Assembly (NCBI GenBank): GCA_963422395.1
Contig: OY729431.1
Location: forward strand, 2,592,001 to 2,656,000
Reading direction: 5' to 3'
Origin: Vicinamibacteria bacterium
Lineage (GTDB): Bacteria; Acidobacteriota; Vicinamibacteria; Marinacidobacterales; Marinacidobacteraceae
Length of the DNA: 64,000 nucleotides
Part shown: piece after piece, positions 21,154 to 28,456 of the stretch
How positions within the stretch are numbered: position 1 is the first letter of the stretch
How the letters are laid out: every line of letters begins with the position of its first letter
Notes under the pieces: generated by a model
What the model saw: the letters and a program-made list of their open reading frames with translations, nothing else
What the model was told of the DNA's origin: nothing
The model's database searches: none
Made by a program: the position numbers and the translations under genes

Positions 21154-21887
21154 CCGGCGCCGCCGGTGAGGAACCATCCGGCGCCGCTGGCGAGCGAACC
21201 GCCGGTGAGCACCGAGACCGCGTTCACCCCGTCGTTCTTCAGGAAGCCGCGCGCCTCGAGCGGTTGCAGCAGGCCCTCGAAGAAGGCGGCCGCGAACCCC
21301 GCCGCAGCCACCGGAAGGAGGAGGCGCGGCGGGAGGAACAGCGCGGCGGCGGCGGAAGCAACCGCGAACGAAGCGGCGAGGCCGGCGAGCGAGCCGAGGA
21401 CGGTCACGGCGCCCGAGGTTCCGGGCGGCACGCGGGCGAAGTCGGTGAGACGCATTGTCCGTCCCCGCGAGCATTGGCCGATCTCGGACGCCACCGTGTC
21501 CGCGGCCAGGGTGGCGAGCGCGCCGGCGAACCCGGCCGCGGCGATGCCCCCCCAGAGCTCTTCCCCGAGTCCCGAAGACAGCCCGCCGGCGGCGAGGGCG
21601 AAGAGCGCCGGCGGGCCGGCGTTCGCGAAGACTTGCCGGGCGCCGCGGGCCCCGCCCGAGGCTTCGGCGACGCCGCGGGCCGCTTTCCGCTCCCAGCCCA
21701 CCCGGGTCGAGGCCGCGCCGAGCACGAAGCCGAGGCACAGCAGCAGATACCCCGGCCAGCCGAGGCCGACCGCGACGGCGGCGCCCACCACCAACCCAGC
21801 CGCGGCGCCCGACCGGGAAACGGCGCCGAGACGCCGCCCGGCGAAAGCGAGGACCGCATTCAGGGCCAACAGCGCCGGGAGGGGCAC
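21150..21887 (-). CDS. DUF92 (TMEM19/VTE6-like) membrane protein
   Basis: RGARQVFAN, LAADTVASEIG and VPPGTSGAVT..G motifs. GTG start uncertain. Confidence 0.9.
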   Translation of the reverse strand: MPLPALLALNAVLAFAGRRLGAVSRSGAAAGLVVGAAVAVGLGWPGYLLLCLGFVLGAASTRVGWERKAARGVAEASGGARGARQVFANAGPPALFALAAGGLSSGLGEELWGGIAAAGFAGALATLAADTVASEIGQCSRGRTMRLTDFARVPPGTSGAVTVLGSLAGLAASFAVASAAAALFLPPRLLLPVAAAGFAAAFFEGLLQPLEARGFLKNDGVNAVSVLTGGSLASGAGWFLTGGAG

Positions 21888-21909
21888 GAAGCGGAGGAAA
21901 GCGGGAGCG

Positions 21910-24141
21910 TCAGTAGTAGCGGTCGCGCTCGCCGCCGGCGCCGAAACCGAAGCTGGTGATCCCGCCGAGAGTGATCCCGAAGTGGAACATGTTCTCCTTC
22001 CGGCCGCCCAGGTCGTAGCGGATCCACTCCACATTCAGCCCGCAGCACTGGAAGAGGAAGTCGGCGCGGAGGCGGAGATTCGAAAGCTGACGTTCGGTGA
22101 TGTCGTAGTTGATGTCGAGGCCGGTGCGGATCACCTCGGTGGGGAAGAAGTCGGTGCCGGCACGCAGATAGCTGCTGGCATCGACCTCTTCGCTCTCCTC
22201 GCCGCCGACTCGGCGCGCCCGCCGGGACCAGTTGAAGTGGAACTGCCGGTTCGCGAAGCGGTCGCCGAACCGGAACCCGGTGCGAATGGAGGTGAAGAGC
22301 CTTTCGTCGGGATCCCATTCCATCGTCCAGTCCCCGTTCACGGATTCGCTGGGGGTGAACCGGAAGTCCGAGCGAATCGGAGACTTCTCCACTTCGGTTT
22401 CTTCGAACGAGGACGAGTTGTAACTGGAGTCGTAAGCCCCCGCCAGGGGGTCGAAATAGAAGCTCTGCTGGATGCGCCAGGTGATCACATCGGTGACGGA
22501 GGACTCTTCGACGCCGTCGCGGTAGCGCTTGGCGAGCAGCCGGTTCACGAATCCGATGCTGATGTCGTTCGCCAGCGTCGAGCTGTCGTAGCGGTCGAAC
22601 CGGTTGACCAGCTCGAACAGGTCGTCGCTCTTGCGGTAGTCCCAAGCCGCTTCCGGCTCGATGAGGTGCTTGAAGCGGGCGGCGTAGGAGTTCTCCGGAG
22701 TCTCGAAGATCCGCTCGAACTTCGGACCCGCCAGCTGCACCGAGGCCCCGTAGTAACGGCGGGCGAGCCGTCGTTCGGGGTCGAAATCGCCGGTCTCGGG
22801 ATCCTTCGAGCCGCCGTAGCGCAGATAGCCGGTGTCGAGCTCGGCCCGCAATTCGAGGAACGGGAGCTCGGGCATCGAAAAGCCCAGGGTGGGGCCGAAG
22901 AAGAGCCGGTTCCATTCCTGGAACTCGCCGCGGCGCGACCTGCCTACCCGCACATAGTTGGCCTCGTACTGAAGTTGCACATACCGGCCCAGCAGGTTCA
23001 GGTTGCGGCGCGAAATCGAGAACTGCGGCAGCGTCTGGCGGCGGCTGGATCTGGTCGTGTACTGCGTTTCCTTGCGGTCGATCCGGAACTTGAGCCGATG
23101 TCGGAACAGCTGGCCGCCGAGATCCAGCCGGGTGCGCTGGTAACGCCGGGTGGAACGCGAGAACGAATCCTGGAAGCGCTGGCTGAAGTCGAAACTCGAG
23201 AACATGTCTCCCTTCGCGCTGAGTCGAAACCTCGCCGGCAGCCGTTGCGCCACATCGAAGCTGATCGAGTATTCGCGGTTTTCGGTGGTCTTGTCGTTGA
23301 TGACGAACCCCTGGAAATTCCCCCGGGAGCCGCTGTCGCCGCGATACCGATGGTCGAGACCGAGGCCGGTCCCGGCTACGGTGAAGTGGTCGAGGCTCAC
23401 CGTCGCGTCCATGGAACGATTGATCGCCCAGAAGAACCCTTGGCTGATCAGATGGCCGCGGGTATCCGAGCGGCTGTAGCGCGGAATCAGGAAACCGGTC
23501 TGCCGGCGATCCTCCTCGATCGGGTAATAGAGCGTCGGAAAGAAGAACAGCGGAGTGTTCATCAACCGGAAGGAGACATTGCGCAGCCAGACATGCTTTT
23601 GCGGCCGGACGATGGCGCGGCTCGCGGTGAAGTTCCAGCGCGGCGTCGGCTGGGCGCAGGTGGTGAAGGCGCCGCGCTCGATGACGAAGGCGCCGTCTTC
23701 GAGTTCTTCGAGGCGCTCCGCCACGAAGTGGAAATCCTGTCCGAGAATGCCGCGCGCGTTCTCGAAGACTGCGGTCGACCGCTCGAGGTCGGCGGTCACC
23801 GATTCGGCGACCACTTTCTCGTTCCGCCTTTCGAACACCACATTCCCCGCGGCGGTGAGGGTGAGCGCATCCTCGTCGATCTCGATCCGGTCCGCCTGGA
23901 GCCGGAGCGTGCCGTAGGCGAGCTGCGCGTAGCCTTCGAGGATCACTCGGGAACCATTCCGCTCCACCCGCTCGGCGCGGGTGAGCATGGTCCCGGCCGG
24001 AGGCGGATCGTGCTGCCAGGCCACCGGCGGGGCCTCGTCCAGGTTCCGGTCGTGCCGCTGTCCGAACTGCGAGCCGCCCGCGGCCTCGACCGGAACCAGG
24101 GCAGCGAGTAGCACGACTCCAGGCGCCCCGATTCCGAGCAT
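21910..24141 (-). CDS. lptD: LPS-assembly outer-membrane protein LptD
   Basis: OstA-like N-domain (LQADRI..AAGNV), FTTC....PRW, RQTGFLIP, KHLIEP and C-terminal QCCG typical of LptD. Confidence 0.88.
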   Translation of the reverse strand: MLGIGAPGVVLLAALVPVEAAGGSQFGQRHDRNLDEAPPVAWQHDPPPAGTMLTRAERVERNGSRVILEGYAQLAYGTLRLQADRIEIDEDALTLTAAGNVVFERRNEKVVAESVTADLERSTAVFENARGILGQDFHFVAERLEELEDGAFVIERGAFTTCAQPTPRWNFTASRAIVRPQKHVWLRNVSFRLMNTPLFFFPTLYYPIEEDRRQTGFLIPRYSRSDTRGHLISQGFFWAINRSMDATVSLDHFTVAGTGLGLDHRYRGDSGSRGNFQGFVINDKTTENREYSISFDVAQRLPARFRLSAKGDMFSSFDFSQRFQDSFSRSTRRYQRTRLDLGGQLFRHRLKFRIDRKETQYTTRSSRRQTLPQFSISRRNLNLLGRYVQLQYEANYVRVGRSRRGEFQEWNRLFFGPTLGFSMPELPFLELRAELDTGYLRYGGSKDPETGDFDPERRLARRYYGASVQLAGPKFERIFETPENSYAARFKHLIEPEAAWDYRKSDDLFELVNRFDRYDSSTLANDISIGFVNRLLAKRYRDGVEESSVTDVITWRIQQSFYFDPLAGAYDSSYNSSSFEETEVEKSPIRSDFRFTPSESVNGDWTMEWDPDERLFTSIRTGFRFGDRFANRQFHFNWSRRARRVGGEESEEVDASSYLRAGTDFFPTEVIRTGLDINYDITERQLSNLRLRADFLFQCCGLNVEWIRYDLGGRKENMFHFGITLGGITSFGFGAGGERDRYY

Positions 24142-24254
24142 TCAGAGGAAACCGCGGCGGAAGAGCGCGGGCCGCGTCGCCTGCAGTCGGGCCGGCAACC
24201 GGGGTGGATGCATCCCGGAAGCCCCCTCCGGGGCCTTTCGCCCCCCGAATTCCC

Positions 24255-24863
24255 TTACCGGGCCGGCTCGTAGTACGGGTTCGTTCCGGCCGCGTGGTCG
24301 GTGGTGTCCAGGATGGCGCCGATCTCGGGGACGGCACGGCGGAGGATCGTCTCCACGCCCTGCCGCAGGGTCGCGGTGGCCATCCCGCAGCCCTGGCAAC
24401 CGCCCCCCATCCGCAGGAACACCTGATTCCGCTCGACCCCCACGAGGTCGATGACGCCGCCGTGGGCAGCCACTGCCGGGTTGACCTCTTCCCGGAGAAC
24501 CGCTTCCACCCGCTCCCGGATCGCGTCCGGCGCCGGGAGATCGTCGAGAACCCGGGGATCCACCGCGGGCTCCGTTCCTCCGAGGACGCCCCGGATCCGT
24601 CGGCCCACCTCCTGACCGATCGGCATCCAGCTCCCCTGGGTCTCGGCGCTCACCGTGACCAGGTTCTCCTGGATCAGCACTCCGGAGACTCCGGGAACCC
24701 CGAGGATCGCCTGCGCCAAGGCGGAATCGCGCGCCCGGTCCAGCGAATCGAAGTACACCGAGCCGCCCGGAAAGACCGGTCGATCCAGCACGAAGCGACA
24801 GGTCGAGGAATCGCGCGGCTCGGCGCGAATACGGATGTCGGAACCGGGAGGAGACTTCGACAT
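24255..24863 (-). CDS. NifU/Nfu-type Fe-S carrier (Nfu_N plus NifU domain)
   Basis: EVNPAVAAHGG, GGCQGC and DTTDHAAGTNPYY motifs. Confidence 0.92.
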   Translation of the reverse strand: MSKSPPGSDIRIRAEPRDSSTCRFVLDRPVFPGGSVYFDSLDRARDSALAQAILGVPGVSGVLIQENLVTVSAETQGSWMPIGQEVGRRIRGVLGGTEPAVDPRVLDDLPAPDAIRERVEAVLREEVNPAVAAHGGVIDLVGVERNQVFLRMGGGCQGCGMATATLRQGVETILRRAVPEIGAILDTTDHAAGTNPYYEPAR

Positions 24864-24957
24864 CGCGGAGAAAAGTCTAGCCGGATGCGGGAGCCCCGCG
24901 CAGCGTTCTTCCGGTAGAAGCGCTCCCGGCAGCGGCGCTCTCTATACTGGCCGCGCT

Positions 24958-26664
24958 TTGAGCCGTCGGCCGAGGACCCGCTTCGCCGCGAAGGCCGTCT
25001 GCTGCTGGGCCGCAGCAGCCGCCGCCGGGGCGGCGCAGGGATTCACCGATGTGACCCGGGAAGCGGGGATCCGTTTCGTCCACGACGCCGGAGACCGAGG
25101 GAACCTCTCGCTCCCCGAAATCACCGGCGCCGGCGCCGGGTTCTTCGACGCCGACGGAGACGGCGATCTCGACATCTACCTGCTCCAGGGCGGGCGACCC
25201 GCCGACCCGCCGGGGAGGAGCCCGGAGGCTCCCGGCAACACCCTCTACCTCCAGGGGCCAGAGGGGAGGTTTTCCGACGCCAGCGAGGCTTCGGGAGTCG
25301 CGGACACCGGGTACGGGATGGGGCTCGCCGCCGGAGACTTCGACGGCGACGGTTCGACCGACCTCTTCGTCAGCAACTACGGCCCCGATGTGCTGTACCG
25401 CAGCCTCGGAGATGGCCGTTTCGAGGAGGTCACCGCCGCCGCCGGGGTCGCCGGCGAAGGGTGGTCGTCGTCCGCGGCGTTTTGCGATTACGACAGTGAC
25501 GGCAGGCTCGATCTGTATGTCGCCCGCTATGTTCGGAACGACCCGGAGAAGCACTGTACCCAGCAGGACGGCAGCCGCGACTACTGCAGCCCGCAGGTCT
25601 TCCCCGGAACCCACGACTACCTCTACCGGAACCTCGGAGACGGTGCTTTCGCGGAGGTCTCCCTCGCCGCCGGGCTGCGGTCGGTGCACGCCCCCGGTCT
25701 GGGAGTGGTCTGCCACGACTTCGACGGCGACGGACGGCTCGACTTCTATGTGGCGAACGATGGCGAGGCGAATCAGCTCTGGCTGAACCGGGGAGACGGC
25801 GTCTTCGCCGACGATGCGTTTCTCTCGGGCGTGGCGCTGAACGATGCCGGCCGCCCCGAGGCGGGCATGGGGATCGCCCTCGGCGATGTGGACTCCGATC
25901 TCGACCTCGATCTCTTCCTCACCCATGTCGCCGACGAGACGAACACGCTCTACCGGAGCGACGGCGCCGCGCCCGGACTCGCTTTCACCGACCGCACCGG
26001 TCCCTCCGGTCTCGGCCCCGCGAGCATGGCGAAGACCGGCTTCGGGGTCGGATTCCTGGATTTCGACCTCGACGGCGCCCTCGACCTGGTGGTGGCGAAC
26101 GGCCGGGTGCAGCGGAAGCCCGCCCTTCCCGGCGCCTCCGGGGATTCCTTCTGGAGGGTGTTCGCGGAGCCGAACCAACTGTTTCGGAACAGCGGGCCGA
26201 CCACCGGGCTGCCCGGAGAAGAGGCTTCCTTCACCGAGATCCGGGAGAGCGGCGACTTCGGCGCAGCGGTCGAGGTGAGTCGGGGGCTCGCCCTCGCCGA
26301 CTACGACGAGGACGGGGACCTCGATCTGCTGCTCGCGAACGCCGAAGGCCCGGCGCGCCTCTACCGGAACGACTTCGAGCGGCGCGGCTCGCCGCTCCGG
26401 GTCAGCACCCGCGACGCCGCGGGGCGGCTCTCCTTCCCCACCGTGGTCACCGCCACGCTTTCCGGAGGGCGCCGGCTTCGTCGGCACGCCGATCCCGGAG
26501 GCAGCTATCTCGCCGCCGGCGACCCGCGGGCGTTCTTCGGCATTCCGGCGGGCGAGACGGTGCGTGCGCTGACCGCGGTTTGGCCGGACGGGACCTGCGA
26601 AGCCTTCCCCGGCGCGGCGGTTGGCGCGGCCACGCTCCGCCGGGGCCGGGGCGAGGCCTGCTGA
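24958..26664 (+). CDS. CRTAC1/ASPIC-UnbV family FG-GAP repeat secreted protein
   Basis: Repeated D-x-D-x-D-G-x-x-D motifs, AGMG and SRGLA.ADYDEDGDLD, C-terminal GGSYL...FG....V.WP (UnbV). TTG start inferred from the signal peptide and a TATACT box. Confidence 0.9.
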   Translation: MSRRPRTRFAAKAVCCWAAAAAAGAAQGFTDVTREAGIRFVHDAGDRGNLSLPEITGAGAGFFDADGDGDLDIYLLQGGRPADPPGRSPEAPGNTLYLQGPEGRFSDASEASGVADTGYGMGLAAGDFDGDGSTDLFVSNYGPDVLYRSLGDGRFEEVTAAAGVAGEGWSSSAAFCDYDSDGRLDLYVARYVRNDPEKHCTQQDGSRDYCSPQVFPGTHDYLYRNLGDGAFAEVSLAAGLRSVHAPGLGVVCHDFDGDGRLDFYVANDGEANQLWLNRGDGVFADDAFLSGVALNDAGRPEAGMGIALGDVDSDLDLDLFLTHVADETNTLYRSDGAAPGLAFTDRTGPSGLGPASMAKTGFGVGFLDFDLDGALDLVVANGRVQRKPALPGASGDSFWRVFAEPNQLFRNSGPTTGLPGEEASFTEIRESGDFGAAVEVSRGLALADYDEDGDLDLLLANAEGPARLYRNDFERRGSPLRVSTRDAAGRLSFPTVVTATLSGGRRLRRHADPGGSYLAAGDPRAFFGIPAGETVRALTAVWPDGTCEAFPGAAVGAATLRRGRGEAC

Positions 26665-26666
26665 CG

Positions 26667-28205
26667 GTGCCACACCCGCCGAAGAGCCGGAGACGCCGGT
26701 CCGGGAGGAGCCGATCCCCCGGCACCGCCAGCCCCCCCGGCGCCGCGACCCCCGCTGCGAAGGCTGCTGGCCGGCGGCGCGGCCGCTGGCTCGCGGCATC
26801 GCTTGCAGGCGCGGGCACCGCCGCCGCCCTGATCCTCTGGCGGCTGGGCGGAGGAGTGGAGGCCCCCGACCCTCCGAACCCCGATCTCACCGAGGCGGAA
26901 CCCGCAGTGGCGGAGGCGATCCGGCGCGCCCGCAACGGAGTCCTCGAGGACCGGGGCTCGCCGGACCGCTGGGCCGGGCTGGGCGCCGCACTCCTGGTCC
27001 ACGAGCTCCACCCCGAGGCGGCGGCGGCGTACCGCGCCGCGAACCTGCTGGCCGGCGGGGACTACCGCTGGTCCTACCTGCTGGCGCGATCCCGCTGGCG
27101 GGTGGATCCGGCGGCGGCAGAAGAAGCAGCGCTGGCAGCGGTCCGGGAGAACCCGGACTATGCCCCCGCCCAGCTGTTGGCCGGTCAGCTGGCGGAGGAA
27201 CGGGGCGATCTCGAGACCGCAGCCGGGCGCTACCGCTCCCTCCTCGACCAGCTCGGAGAGCACCGCGCCGCGCCGGCGAACGAAGCCGCGGCTCGTTTCC
27301 GCCTCGGCCGGCTGCTCGCGGGAGCCGGCGACCTGGAAGCAGCTCTGCCGCTCCTGGAGCGGGCGGAGACGCTGGCTCCGGAATCGGGAGCAGTCGCCGC
27401 CGCCCTCGCACGGCTCTACCGCCGGACCGGGAGCGAAGCGAAGGCGCGCGCCGCCGCGAACCGCGCCCGCGGTCTCGATCAGGAACTCGCGATCAGCGAT
27501 CCGCTCATGGAGACAGTGCATCGGGCGTCGGCGTCGGTGGTCGGGAAGGAGCGCCGGGCCTTCGCCGCCGAGGCAGCGGGCCGCCCCGAAGTCGCCGAGC
27601 GCCTGCTGCGGGAGATGATCCAGACCCGGCCGGAGGCGGCGGACCTCTATTACAACCTCGGCAACAACCTTTCGCGGCAAGGGCGAAACCCCGAAGCGCT
27701 CGAAGCCTGGCGGGCGGCGCTTTCCCGTAATCCCGACCATGTGGCGGCACTCGTCAACTCCGCCATCGTGCTCGCGCAGACGGGCGATCTCGAAGAGGCC
27801 GAGCGGCGCTGCCGGCGGGTGCTGGAACTCCGGCCCGACCATCCGGGAGCGCTCTCGAGCCTCGGCAGCATCGCTGCGCTCGGCGGCCGCAGAGTCGAAG
27901 CGGTCGGTTGGTTTCGCCAAGCGCTGGAACAGGAGCCGGAGCGGGCGGGAACCCACGACTCGATCGCCCAGGTGCTCGCGGCGGATCGGCGGTTCGACCA
28001 AGCGGTCCGGCACTTTCGCATCGCGGTGACGAAGGAGCCGTTCCGGGGGGACTACCGGCTGGGCCTCGCGGCGTCACTCGCCGCTCTCGGCGATTTTGCG
28101 GGTGCCTGGACCGTCACCCACGCCGGCCGGCGGCTCGGCGTCGAGCTTCCCGAGGACTTCCTCGGCAGGCTCCGGCAGGCGATGCCCGATCCCGGTCCCC
28201 GATAG
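26667..28205 (+). CDS. Membrane-anchored TPR protein
   Basis: N-terminal TM (WLAASLAG..ILW) and many TPR-like helices (e.g. YYNLGNNL, ALVNSAIVL). Starts immediately after the ASPIC stop. Confidence 0.85.
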   Translation: MPHPPKSRRRRSGRSRSPGTASPPGAATPAAKAAGRRRGRWLAASLAGAGTAAALILWRLGGGVEAPDPPNPDLTEAEPAVAEAIRRARNGVLEDRGSPDRWAGLGAALLVHELHPEAAAAYRAANLLAGGDYRWSYLLARSRWRVDPAAAEEAALAAVRENPDYAPAQLLAGQLAEERGDLETAAGRYRSLLDQLGEHRAAPANEAAARFRLGRLLAGAGDLEAALPLLERAETLAPESGAVAAALARLYRRTGSEAKARAAANRARGLDQELAISDPLMETVHRASASVVGKERRAFAAEAAGRPEVAERLLREMIQTRPEAADLYYNLGNNLSRQGRNPEALEAWRAALSRNPDHVAALVNSAIVLAQTGDLEEAERRCRRVLELRPDHPGALSSLGSIAALGGRRVEAVGWFRQALEQEPERAGTHDSIAQVLAADRRFDQAVRHFRIAVTKEPFRGDYRLGLAASLAALGDFAGAWTVTHAGRRLGVELPEDFLGRLRQAMPDPGPR

Positions 28206-28394
28206 GGGAAACCGATCCCGCAGCGGAGCCCTGAATTGCGGCGCGAAGCAGCGGGCGCCGGGGACCGCCTCCGAACCGCGGGCATCGGATCGGGTCCAAT
28301 ATTTGGAATTGCTGAAGGGCAAGGGCGGTTCCAGATCGGTGCTTCGAGGCTTCAAGCCCTTGACTATATTAACATATATGGGGATTGTTCCACC

Positions 28395-28410
28395 TGGCAT
28401 ATCCGTTGCG
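28395..28410 (+). promoter_or_regulatory. Sigma54 (-24/-12) promoter
   Basis: TGGCAT-ATCCG-TTGC gives exact GG-N10-GC spacing. AT-rich tract upstream; SD AGGAGG before the ATG at 28457. Confidence 0.8.
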
Positions 28411-28456
28411 AATATAGTAGGACTCGTTTCTATTTTTCCCCTGACAAGGAGGGACC

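Noticed and set aside
19138-24111. Very long alternative ORFs (1657 aa here; also 240-3122, 10163-13192, 39852-42203 and others)
   Set aside because: They are antisense or off-frame shadows of clearly identified genes. Such ORFs are expected at this GC content and carry no recognisable motifs.
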